From Proteobacteria bacterium CAG:495 (lineage in GTDB: Bacteria > Pseudomonadota > Alphaproteobacteria > RF32 > CAG-239), in assembly GCA_000432275.1 (NCBI GenBank), contig HF995314.1, forward strand, positions 42,313 to 106,312: 64,000 nucleotides of DNA, written 5' to 3'. Positions 48,237 through 57,265 of this stretch are shown here, piece after piece. Below the pieces are notes generated by a model. That model was not told where the DNA came from, searched no databases, and saw only the letters and a list, made by a program, of their open reading frames with translations. The stretch's first letter is position 1. Every line of letters starts with the position of its first letter. A program made the position numbers and the translations under genes.

Positions 48237-48975
48237 CGACAATGACGACTTAATCCGCTTTGCCTCGGAGATTTTAACCGTACGCGACGAACTTGACCCC
48301 AGGGTGTTCAACCGGAATGGGGCCGTTCACGAACACTTGCGGCTGCGGATGCTGGACCGGGCAGACTATCTGGTTAAGGAGACGGTCGGGATGATTGACG
48401 GTCTGCTGACCGGCGACGTTGTGCTGTTAGGGTCTTCCGCCTCTTATTTTTACCGCCCGGGCTCTGACTTTGACGTCAAGGTGGAAATCATCAATCAAAA
48501 CTGCCCTTACCTGCCCAAAGACACCAACGGGATGGACAAGTTTCTGGCTTTGGCGGGAGGAGAATTCTATACCCGGAACAAATATTTTTACATCGGCAAC
48601 CGTTTTTTGGATATGAAGCTGGCGGCCTATATTATGGACGTGGCGTGGACCGGGGTTTATTCCCTGAATGAAAACAAGTGGCGGATTGAACCGAAAAACA
48701 ATCTGACGAAAGGTTTTACGGTCGACTCGCTGATAGATTACTACCACCAGCGTTGTGCGGAGATTGACGCCTTTATGGGGTCGCTGCCGCAAAAGGACGG
48801 AAAGTACGGCAAGGAAGAATGCCAGAAGATGTTTGACTATTACCGCACCCAGGTGCTGGGAAGAAACCAGACGATTGAGGACTATCTCGCCTTTAAGCTG
48901 ATTAAGGCCACCAGAAAACTTAAAAACCTCGGCGGCTTCATCTTCGCTCAACAGATGAAGATTTTTGATTTCTAG
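48229..48975 (+). CDS. nucleotidyltransferase-fold protein 2, paralog of protein 1
   Basis: LLGSSASYFYRPGSDFDVKV NTase motif. Conserved blocks shared with protein 1 (YSL-S/N-ENRWR, DYY..C..IDAFMGSLP). Start ATG at 48229 overlaps the upstream stop (ATGAATGA). Confidence 0.65.
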   Translation: MNDDNDDLIRFASEILTVRDELDPRVFNRNGAVHEHLRLRMLDRADYLVKETVGMIDGLLTGDVVLLGSSASYFYRPGSDFDVKVEIINQNCPYLPKDTNGMDKFLALAGGEFYTRNKYFYIGNRFLDMKLAAYIMDVAWTGVYSLNENKWRIEPKNNLTKGFTVDSLIDYYHQRCAEIDAFMGSLPQKDGKYGKEECQKMFDYYRTQVLGRNQTIEDYLAFKLIKATRKLKNLGGFIFAQQMKIFDF

Positions 48976-49067
48976 GCCTGTTTTTATTGCACTTTGTCAA
49001 AAACTATGATAGTGGCTTGATATCAAAATTATAGATATCTGAATTATTAATTTAAACTTCAAAAAAA

Positions 49068-49835
49068 ATGAAAACTTTTAGATTTAGAAAAACAACAACG
49101 TCTGAGATTGCTTCAAAGATTATGTCTGTCAAACGGCGCAAGGGCCGTTATGAACTGAAACTGGAAAACGGCAAAACCTATTTTCTGCCTCAGGAAACAT
49201 TGCCCAAAGACGTTGCTCCCGCATACGGAGACATTTTTGCTCTGGGGTTCTGTATGGATATGATTACGATAATCCGTCTTAACGACCGTATCGTTTTTGA
49301 ACTCACTCCGGAACAGCTTGTCGAAAAACTCGAGAACAACTGTAAATTACTGGCAAACATTATCCGCAAGCAGGAAGAAAAGGCAATTTCGCTGCAAAAT
49401 CAAATTGAAATCAGAAAACTGCCGGCCTTGTTGCAATTGTGGCTCGCGGAAGCGCGTCTGGCATACCTCGGCGCGTATGCGGAAAAAGAACTTCGCCTGG
49501 TTGAAACCTGCAAAAAAGCGTTTGTCTTGTACAGGTATTTTCAAAATCTAAATAAAACATCGTTTTCGCGCGAAGATGACGACTTTATCAATCTAATCAA
49601 AACGCCCAACAACGAAATTTGGCCGAATCCGGGCAATGAGAGTTATCCTCTGGTCTGCGAAGCCGCAGACTTGGCAAACAGACTGCTGGCTGACGCTTTT
49701 GACAACGGAATCGATATTTTCGACCGGAACGATTGTCTGCGACGGAAACAACATTCTGCCACTCTCGGTTACCGGACCGAAGAGATGAAAAAACATCTTG
49801 CGACGAAGGAAATTCAGACAGCCGAACGACTTTAA
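49068..49835 (+). CDS. hypothetical protein (255 aa), possible distant member of a local paralog family
   Basis: Uninterrupted ORF after an AT-rich intergenic region. The helical KLPALLQLWLAEARLAYLG segment resembles the LPAIF(Q/R)HR block of the two downstream genes. Confidence 0.55.
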   Translation: MKTFRFRKTTTSEIASKIMSVKRRKGRYELKLENGKTYFLPQETLPKDVAPAYGDIFALGFCMDMITIIRLNDRIVFELTPEQLVEKLENNCKLLANIIRKQEEKAISLQNQIEIRKLPALLQLWLAEARLAYLGAYAEKELRLVETCKKAFVLYRYFQNLNKTSFSREDDDFINLIKTPNNEIWPNPGNESYPLVCEAADLANRLLADAFDNGIDIFDRNDCLRRKQHSATLGYRTEEMKKHLATKEIQTAERL

Positions 49836-49974
49836 TCCGACGTTTGAAATCCAATTATCAAAAAATGTGAAAGAGCCGTTTCAAAACGGCTCTTTTTTTA
49901 TTGCTTTTAGCCGAGGATATGATGTAATTGTAATAAATTCACATATTATAAATTCACTATTATATTAAAATCTT

Positions 49975-50715
49975 ATGATAACATCCAAAATTACATCCGT
50001 TATTAAAAAGGCGGAACGACTTAACACCTCGTTTAACCTTTTGCTGACTTGCGGTATCAGCCTCGAGTTAAGCTTTTTAGATGCAAAAGACTTTCAACCG
50101 AAAGCGGGAATGCGTGCAGAAGCGACATTTTTAAATTACATTCCGATGATGCTGACGATAAACGGAAACGTTATGTTCTCGCGCAGCAAAACCGACGTTT
50201 TTTATGAGATGAGGCATTTGCTTTCTGCTCTGGAAACAGAAATTCAAGCCGAAAAAATAGAACAAGGGCGACTGGAATTTCAGGAGAGGAAGTCTCATCT
50301 GCCGGCCATTTTTCAGCACCGGATACTGCTGTTGCAATCTGCAATCGGCAGCCGGTATACCCAAGAGGAATGGAAAGACGAGCTTTGCGGAATGGAGCTG
50401 GCACAGAAAATTCATACCGACACCGTGTTTCAATCTAAACGGGCACCTTTGAGCTTTTATGCAAAAAGCGCCATAATCCGCAGATATCCGGAAGCGGCGG
50501 CCTATCACAGCGGCGTGGTGGAATATGCCATCCAGTTGTCCAACACGCTTTCCGAAGACGAAGCATCGGGAATTAAAACAGATGATTTTGAGCAGATAAA
50601 AGAGAAGACTTCTTTCAGCAGAACCTTGCGACAGGAAACGCTGAAGGGAGACGTTCCTTCAATCTCAGACATTATCCGTTATCACCAATCTCTGATTTAT
50701 CAGAACAAATCGTAA
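49975..50715 (+). CDS. hypothetical protein (246 aa), paralog of 50724..51197
   Basis: Shares HLPAIFQHR...YPEAAAY blocks with the next gene. Confidence 0.55.
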   Translation: MITSKITSVIKKAERLNTSFNLLLTCGISLELSFLDAKDFQPKAGMRAEATFLNYIPMMLTINGNVMFSRSKTDVFYEMRHLLSALETEIQAEKIEQGRLEFQERKSHLPAIFQHRILLLQSAIGSRYTQEEWKDELCGMELAQKIHTDTVFQSKRAPLSFYAKSAIIRRYPEAAAYHSGVVEYAIQLSNTLSEDEASGIKTDDFEQIKEKTSFSRTLRQETLKGDVPSISDIIRYHQSLIYQNKS

Positions 50716-50723
50716 TCTGCCGT

Positions 50724-51197
50724 ATGGAAACAAGTATCTCCTGCGGATTCAACAAGATTATCCGCGAAAAGATAGCGGCCTACCGGCGGGAAGAACACCA
50801 ACTGAAACAGCGTTTGTCCGCCCTTCCCGCCATTTTCAGGCACAGATTTAAATCTTGCGAAATGCACATCAAGGGATTTAACTATTTTTTTGCAGCGACG
50901 GAAATCGCCTGTTGCGAGTTGGCTCTGGCATTGTACAAAACGGTGCCGGCAGAAGCATATTCCCGGATAGGGGACAAAGAGCTGCAAAAATTCGGCGGTT
51001 GTCTGAATACGGAACAGCGTTGGTATGCCCTGAGCCTGGCCAATGCCCTGTCTGCCGACGGAATTACCAAACCGGCGCTGCCGCATTTGGAGAAGTTTCA
51101 TGTTATGAGGCTTCACCCTTTGGGAACGTACGAGAGTTATGCTGACATGATTGTGCGTATTTTCCGTTATCGGAAAAGTTCTGCCTTTGCGGCGTAA
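50724..51197 (+). CDS. hypothetical protein (157 aa), short paralog of 49975..50715
   Basis: ALPAIFRHR...VPAEAY blocks. Starts 9 nt after the preceding stop. Confidence 0.55.
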   Translation: METSISCGFNKIIREKIAAYRREEHQLKQRLSALPAIFRHRFKSCEMHIKGFNYFFAATEIACCELALALYKTVPAEAYSRIGDKELQKFGGCLNTEQRWYALSLANALSADGITKPALPHLEKFHVMRLHPLGTYESYADMIVRIFRYRKSSAFAA

Positions 51198-51344
51198 AAA
51201 CAATCTTATTAATCAACAGTCCGGAACCTTTTATTCCGGGCTGTTTTTTTACGGACAATATTTCACGCTTGATATTTAGATAAGGAAAGCCTAAATTTAT
51301 AGGAAGATATTATGAATCAAAGTAAAGCAAAGGCATGACAGGTT

Positions 51345-51797
51345 ATGAATGAAAACTTACCGGAATTGCGGGATATTCATCTGCCGGACGGCGTTTCGGC
51401 CTGGCCGCCGGCTTATGGCTGGTGGGTCATTCTGCTGGGTATTGTCGCCGTTGTCATCCTTGTGGAGCTGGTGACGGTTATCCGCCGAAAGTCTAAGAAG
51501 CTCTATGCTCTGCATCTGCTCAAAGGCATTCACTGCAACAACTCTATCCGCTCTGCCGCTGACATGTCCGCCATTTTGCGCAGGATATGCGTGTATAAAT
51601 ACAAAGAAGCTTCCGTCCTGATGGGAAAAGAATGGCTGAGCTTTCTTAACGAACACAGCAAACACAAGCTGGAGGGCAAAGCGGCACAGCTGCTTTTGGA
51701 TGCGCCGTACATCCAGCCGGGCGCAAAAGGGTATCGAACCGAAGACGTTGCCGCTTTGAGGCTGTTCTGCCAACAGTGGATTGGAGAAAACCTATGA
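51345..51797 (+). CDS. membrane-anchored protein of Bat-operon type (DUF4381-like)
   Basis: Single TM (WWVILLGIVAVVILVELVTVI), about 150 aa. Its stop overlaps the batA start (ATGA). This position is characteristic of BatA-operon leaders. Confidence 0.5.
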   Translation: MNENLPELRDIHLPDGVSAWPPAYGWWVILLGIVAVVILVELVTVIRRKSKKLYALHLLKGIHCNNSIRSAADMSAILRRICVYKYKEASVLMGKEWLSFLNEHSKHKLEGKAAQLLLDAPYIQPGAKGYRTEDVAALRLFCQQWIGENL

Positions 51798-52807
51798 ATC
51801 AGTTTGCTTATCCGTGGGCTTTCGTATTGTTGCTGCTGCCTTTTGCCGTCCGCTTTGCATTGCCGGTGGTCAAGGGGCTTCACGGCGATGCGCTGAAAAT
51901 CCCCTTTTTGAAAGATTTGGAAAAAATATCCATTAAATCCGGCAGCTTATGGCAGATGGGAAGCGCCTCCGACGAGAAACATTTTTCCAAATTCTTCTGG
52001 ATGCTCATGATTGTCTGGGCCTTGCTGGTGACGGCCGCAGCCCGGCCGCAATGGGTCGGCGAGCCAATCAGAATCAAAAACGAGAGCAGAGACATTTTAA
52101 TGGTTTTGGACATTTCAACCTCGATGTTGGAAAGGGATTTTGCATTTCAGGGGCAGGCCATTGACCGTTTGACGGCGGTAAAACTGGTGGCCGGCGATTT
52201 TATCAAAAAACGAGCCAATGACAGAATCGGGCTGATATTGTTCGGAACCCGGGCTTATTTGCAGGCTCCGCTGACTTTTGACCATCAATCGGTTAACAAA
52301 ATCTTGTGGGAAATGGATGCCGGAATGGCGGGAAACTCTACTGCAATCGGCGACGCTTTGGGACTGGCCCTGAAAAACCTGAAAGACGTGCCGAATCCGG
52401 ACAATAAAGTTATTATCCTGCTCACCGACGGAGAAAACAACGACGGAAGCATGTCGCTGGCGCAGGCCGTCAAACTGGCCCGTGACGCAGGGATTAAGGC
52501 TTATACCATCGGGGTTGGCAGTCCGAACAACTTTTTTGCCTCTTTTATGGGGATGAAAATGTCCGGTTTTCAGCAGGGGTTGGATGAAAAAGGCCTTAAA
52601 GAACTTGCCGACGCCACCAAAGGGGCGTACTTTAAAGCGGAAGATACCGCCGGTTTGCTTAAAATTTACCAGACGATTGACAGTTTGGAACCCAGTCAAA
52701 ACGACGCCAAATTCGTGAGAGAAACCAAAGAACTTTACTACATTCCCCTGTTGGCGGCGATTTTGACGGGTTTTGCCCTGGTTGTCGCTTTGCGGAGGAT
52801 CAGCTGA
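51794..52807 (+). CDS. batA: vWA-domain aerotolerance-type protein BatA
   Basis: N-terminal TM pair and a vWA domain with MIDAS residues (DISTSM...LTDGENNDG). Confidence 0.8.
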   Translation: MNQFAYPWAFVLLLLPFAVRFALPVVKGLHGDALKIPFLKDLEKISIKSGSLWQMGSASDEKHFSKFFWMLMIVWALLVTAAARPQWVGEPIRIKNESRDILMVLDISTSMLERDFAFQGQAIDRLTAVKLVAGDFIKKRANDRIGLILFGTRAYLQAPLTFDHQSVNKILWEMDAGMAGNSTAIGDALGLALKNLKDVPNPDNKVIILLTDGENNDGSMSLAQAVKLARDAGIKAYTIGVGSPNNFFASFMGMKMSGFQQGLDEKGLKELADATKGAYFKAEDTAGLLKIYQTIDSLEPSQNDAKFVRETKELYYIPLLAAILTGFALVVALRRIS

Positions 52808-54570
52808 TGCAAGAGTTTATCAACGCTTTTCATTTTTTGCGTCCGTGGTGGCTGTTGCTTTTGGTCATTCCGCTGTTTTTTTACGGAAGGTACCTGCGCG
52901 GTGCCAGCAACCAATCCTCTTGGGAAAAAGTTTGCGACAAAAGGCTGCTGGATTATCTTTTAATCAGGGGTTCTTCGACACAGCGCAAAGTTATGGCCTG
53001 GACGGCCTTAATCGGCCTGGTAACCGGCATTGTCGCCGCCGCGGGACCGAGTTGGAAAAAGATTGAAATTCCCTCTCTGGCTCCGGAAAATCCTCTGATG
53101 ATTGTTCTTAACCTTTCGACGGACATGAAGGGAAAAGACCTGACGCCCAGTCGTCTGGAACGAGCCAAATTTAAAATCCAGGATTTGTTAAAGCTTATTC
53201 CCGACAGTCAGAGCGGTTTGATTGTTTACACCAATGAACCATTTTTAATTTCTCCGCTGACCAGCGACGGCGAAATTCTGACCAACCTGCTGCCGGCCGT
53301 CAGTTATGACATTATGCCGGCTAACGGCGATCGGCCGGACCGGGCTATCGCCCTTGCCGTAGAGAAAATGAAAGCGGCCGGTTTTAACCACGGCGAAATT
53401 TTACTGTTGGCTCCCGAAGCCGGGCAGAAATTCAACCTGACGCTGGATGAAGCCAGAAAAGCCCTGAGCGCCGGTTTTAACGTTAACGTTTTAGCGGTTC
53501 GCGCCGCAAAAGACGAACGGCTGCAAATGATTGCCGAAGCGGGCGGCGGCAGCTATTGGAATCTGGCTCCCGGAGACGAAAAATTAAAAACGTTTGCCGA
53601 AAAGATAAGCTCAAATCAGGATGAACTGACGGAAAGCAAAAACTGGCAATCCGTATGGTTGGATTACGGATATTATCTGTTAATCATCCCCTTGGCGTGT
53701 TGTTTATATTTCTTTCGGCGGGGAATTTTGGCGGTTGCGTTTCTCTGGGCGGCACAACCGGCGGAAGCGGCTTTTTTCTTAAACAGCAATCAAGAGGCGC
53801 TGCGTGATTTTAATCAGGAAGACTATCAACGCGCCGGAGAAAAGTTTACTGACAGCAATTGGAAAGCAGCGGCCTATTATCGTATGGGCGATTATGACAA
53901 AGCCTTGGAAGAATATAGCAAAGGGCAAGGAGAAACAGCGCTTTACAATCAGGGAAACGCTTTGGCCAAAAGCGGAAAAATTGAGGAAGCCATTGCGAAA
54001 TACGAAGAAGTTTTAGAACAAAACCCCAATCACGAAGATGCCAAATTTAACCTGGAATACCTTAAACAACAGCAGCAACAAAGCCAACAGCAAAATCAGC
54101 AGCAACAACAAAATCAAAATCAGGACGAGCAGCAAAAGGAATCTCAACAGGACCAAAGCAACGGCGGTGACAACGAACAAAAAGAGCAGCCGCAGGACAA
54201 CTCCGAATCCAACCAACCTCAGAACCAAAATCAAAATGAGGACGGAGCCGAACAGAATAATCCTGACCAAAACGACAATTCAAAAGCTGATGCAAACAGT
54301 CAGCAGGAACAGGAACGACAGCAAAACCCTCAGGACAACGACCAAAATTCAGCCTCTGATTCCGAACTGAAGCAAGGAGAACAGAACAAGGAACGGCCGC
54401 AACAGCAGGGAGAAAGCGGAGCCTTGCAAAAAGAAGGGAAAGCTCCTAAATATGATGAAGAAGTGCAGGCCCGCGCCCAGCAGTACCGGGAAATTCCCGA
54501 AGACCCGGGAGGGCTGCTGAAAGCCTTTATCCGCAAAGAATATAACCGCAACCGTTATAACGAAAAATAA
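52807..54570 (+). CDS. batB: BatB/BatC-like fusion: TM + vWA + TPR + long Q/N/D/E-rich acidic tail
   Basis: vWA domain, TPR-like segment (AAYYRMGDYDKALEEYSKGQ...GKIEEAIAKYEEVLEQNPNH), then about 120 aa of QQQNQ.../DNEQ low complexity. Its start overlaps the batA stop (TGATG). Confidence 0.8.
   Translation: MQEFINAFHFLRPWWLLLLVIPLFFYGRYLRGASNQSSWEKVCDKRLLDYLLIRGSSTQRKVMAWTALIGLVTGIVAAAGPSWKKIEIPSLAPENPLMIVLNLSTDMKGKDLTPSRLERAKFKIQDLLKLIPDSQSGLIVYTNEPFLISPLTSDGEILTNLLPAVSYDIMPANGDRPDRAIALAVEKMKAAGFNHGEILLLAPEAGQKFNLTLDEARKALSAGFNVNVLAVRAAKDERLQMIAEAGGGSYWNLAPGDEKLKTFAEKISSNQDELTESKNWQSVWLDYGYYLLIIPLACCLYFFRRGILAVAFLWAAQPAEAAFFLNSNQEALRDFNQEDYQRAGEKFTDSNWKAAAYYRMGDYDKALEEYSKGQGETALYNQGNALAKSGKIEEAIAKYEEVLEQNPNHEDAKFNLEYLKQQQQQSQQQNQQQQQNQNQDEQQKESQQDQSNGGDNEQKEQPQDNSESNQPQNQNQNEDGAEQNNPDQNDNSKADANSQQEQERQQNPQDNDQNSASDSELKQGEQNKERPQQQGESGALQKEGKAPKYDEEVQARAQQYREIPEDPGGLLKAFIRKEYNRNRYNEK
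54064..54420 (+). repeat. in-frame low-complexity CAG/CAA-rich coding tract (poly-Q/N/E/D)
   Basis: Seen directly in the sequence as cagcagcaacaa... runs inside batB. Confidence 0.7.
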
Positions 54571-54582
54571 GGCAGAGAAGAA

Positions 54583-56322
54583 ATGTTGAAAAAACTGACA
54601 ATATTTTTGATATGTGCACTGACAATCGCGTTTAACGTTCAGGCTCAGACTTTTGAGGCCAAGGTCAACCGAACGGAAATTCCCGAGGGCGAAACATTTT
54701 TGCTGACCTTGGATTTGAGCGGCGCGCAAACGAATAAAACTCCGGACTTGGGCGTTTTAGACAAGGATTTTATCATTTACTCCGTATCAAATGCATATAC
54801 GACAAAGGTCATAAACAACGACATTTCACAGACCCGCCAGTGGAATTTGGTTTTGATGCCGAAAAACACCGGCGCTTTACAGATTCCGTCGATTAAGCTG
54901 GACCAATATCAAACCGAACCGATTACGGTTACGGTTCGCAAAGCAGGAGAGACGCTTAGTCCGCAACAACAAGGACAACAGGGACAGCCCCGTTTCAAAA
55001 TCGACGGTAAAATAGACAATGACAATCCGTATGTCCAACAGCAAATAAACTATACGCTGACCATTTACGACACCGGCGGCCTGCAAGGAGAAGAACCGGT
55101 ATTTTTAGCCGGCGGCAACGACGAGTGGATTATAAAGAATCTGGGCGAACCACAAGTTAAAACCAAAGTCATTAACGGCAGAAACATCCGCGAGATTAAA
55201 TTTTTCTATGCCCTTTTCCCGCAGAAAAGCGGCGAGCTGACGGTTCCCGAAGTACGCTTTAACGGTTTTTATCTGACCAGGGACAGCCGTAGGGATCCTT
55301 TCGGCGGATTGTTCGGCGACGATATGTTCATTGCCGGTTTTGGAATGACGGACATGTTTGCAACCCGCAATCCGGTCGTTCTAAACACCAAGCCGATAAA
55401 AGTGACCGTTCTTCCGGCACCGGCGCAAAACGGCGGGAAGTGGTGGCTGCCGGCTACGGATGTCGAATTGTATGCCCAATTTGAACCGGCCAATCCGCAG
55501 TTTAAGACCGGCGAAGCGGTCAGCAGAACCATTTATCTGAAAGCGGTCGGCGTTATCGACACGCAGCTGCCGGAAATCAACTTCGGAGAAGTTTCCGGGT
55601 TAAAACAATATCCGGAAAAACCGGAAACACAAATGAAAGTAGAAAACGGACAAGTCGTTTCTTTGGAGAAAATATCCAACGTTTACATTCCCAGCAGCGA
55701 AGGCGACATGACCCTGCCGGAAATCAGCGTCGACTGGTTTAACGTTAAAACCAACAAAATGGAGACGGCCGTTCTTCCGCCGTTAAACATCAAAGTCCGG
55801 GCCGGACAGAGCCTGCCGGAAGAAAAACGCCAGACGCAGCAGACGGCAGCTCCGGACAGCAGCACGCTGCCGATTGCGGCTGACGTTCAGACAGAAGAGA
55901 CAAACAGCCTGCCGCAGCAGAACATCTATCTGCTGCTGGGCGGTGCATTTATTTTAGGCATTGCGGTCAGTTATGCTCTGATGCGGTTGTTTTCCAACAA
56001 AAAAGACGGGAAAATAAGAAATTACAAAAAATATATTATAGAAAAGGCCAGAGAAAAGGATTTGAGAGCGTTGCGCGATGCCATTTTGGCCTGGGCCGCA
56101 GAAAAATATCAGCGCCCGGACATCAACAGCCTGAAAGAAGTAGAAGAGCTTACCAATGTTCCCGAGTTTGAATGTGAACTCGAAAAATTGACGGAAGCCT
56201 TATATGCACGCGACAACAAAGATTGGAAATCAGGCAGTTTTATCAAAGTTTTTGAGAAAGTATACGCGAAAAAATACAAAAGAAAGGACGACAATGAACC
56301 ATTGCCCAAACTCTACAAATAA
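54583..56322 (+). CDS. batD: BatD-like oxygen-tolerance protein
   Basis: Signal peptide, about 400-aa periplasmic BatD-type domain, C-terminal TM (IYLLLGGAFILGIAVSYALM) and a cytoplasmic tail. It follows batA/batB. Confidence 0.75.
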   Translation: MLKKLTIFLICALTIAFNVQAQTFEAKVNRTEIPEGETFLLTLDLSGAQTNKTPDLGVLDKDFIIYSVSNAYTTKVINNDISQTRQWNLVLMPKNTGALQIPSIKLDQYQTEPITVTVRKAGETLSPQQQGQQGQPRFKIDGKIDNDNPYVQQQINYTLTIYDTGGLQGEEPVFLAGGNDEWIIKNLGEPQVKTKVINGRNIREIKFFYALFPQKSGELTVPEVRFNGFYLTRDSRRDPFGGLFGDDMFIAGFGMTDMFATRNPVVLNTKPIKVTVLPAPAQNGGKWWLPATDVELYAQFEPANPQFKTGEAVSRTIYLKAVGVIDTQLPEINFGEVSGLKQYPEKPETQMKVENGQVVSLEKISNVYIPSSEGDMTLPEISVDWFNVKTNKMETAVLPPLNIKVRAGQSLPEEKRQTQQTAAPDSSTLPIAADVQTEETNSLPQQNIYLLLGGAFILGIAVSYALMRLFSNKKDGKIRNYKKYIIEKAREKDLRALRDAILAWAAEKYQRPDINSLKEVEELTNVPEFECELEKLTEALYARDNKDWKSGSFIKVFEKVYAKKYKRKDDNEPLPKLYK

Positions 56323-57184
56323 CACCAGCCACCTCATTTTGGGAAAAAACACCTATCCCGGAGACGATGTTGAAAGTTATTATGTTGCCGCCGACGATGT
56401 TAACAAAGTTTTCCAAAGCGGCAAAATTCCGCTGATTACGACAGAAAAGCCTGCAAATGACGGAAAACCGGTAATTGCCATTGTTCTGGCTCAAGACAAA
56501 GCCCCCGAACGGGAGGAAAAAGATTACAGCATTCACCCCGACTATATCCGCGCAATCAAAGACGCCGGAGGATATCCGGCATTGATCGCCTACGATGAAG
56601 TGACGGCTCAGCTGAACGCCTGGGAACCGGACGGCATGATGCTTATCGGCGGCTTTTTCCATTCGCCGAAAGAATGGTATGAAACAATGCCGGAAACGGA
56701 CGTCGACAAAAGAGGCCTGGCTTATCTGACAATGCTTCAATATGCCAAAGCGCACAAACTTCCGCTGTTGGGGATTTGCGGCGGAGAACAAATGCTGGCG
56801 GGCAGCGAAGGCGCCATGATGAAGATGGGCATCAAAGGGCATAAAATCGGCGGAGAAGTGATTGCCCACAAAGTTCAAATAGAACCGGGAAGCCTGTTGG
56901 CTTCGGTAATCGGCGCACCGGAAATTATGACCAATTCCGCCCACAGCGAAGCCGTAATCAACGAAAAATGCGGCAATTGCATAATAACGGCAGTGGCGGA
57001 AGACGGCACCGCAGAAGCGGTGGAATTAAAACAGCCGTGGAATGACTTTGTTCTCGGTGTTCAGTGGCATCCGGAACGTTTTGTAAAAAAAGGAGACCAG
57101 CCTTCCATAAAAATATTTTCCAGCTTCATCGAAAGTGCAAAAGGCTATCAAAGCCAGAAAAAGCATCCGGACCAAAGCAATTGA
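56294..57184 (+). CDS. class I glutamine amidotransferase / peptidase C26 (PuuD-like gamma-glutamyl hydrolase)
   Basis: Catalytic Cys in LLGICGGEQML and a His in the C-terminal GVQWHPE motif. Start chosen at MNHCPNS (56294). Overlaps the batD 3' end by 29 nt. Confidence 0.75.
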   Translation: MNHCPNSTNNTSHLILGKNTYPGDDVESYYVAADDVNKVFQSGKIPLITTEKPANDGKPVIAIVLAQDKAPEREEKDYSIHPDYIRAIKDAGGYPALIAYDEVTAQLNAWEPDGMMLIGGFFHSPKEWYETMPETDVDKRGLAYLTMLQYAKAHKLPLLGICGGEQMLAGSEGAMMKMGIKGHKIGGEVIAHKVQIEPGSLLASVIGAPEIMTNSAHSEAVINEKCGNCIITAVAEDGTAEAVELKQPWNDFVLGVQWHPERFVKKGDQPSIKIFSSFIESAKGYQSQKKHPDQSN

Positions 57185-57265
57185 TATTTAAAATTTACAG
57201 GTTATGCTGAGGTCATTGAGAAGTGACAATTGTGTATGTATTTTAATAAAAAAATTTGAAAAGCT

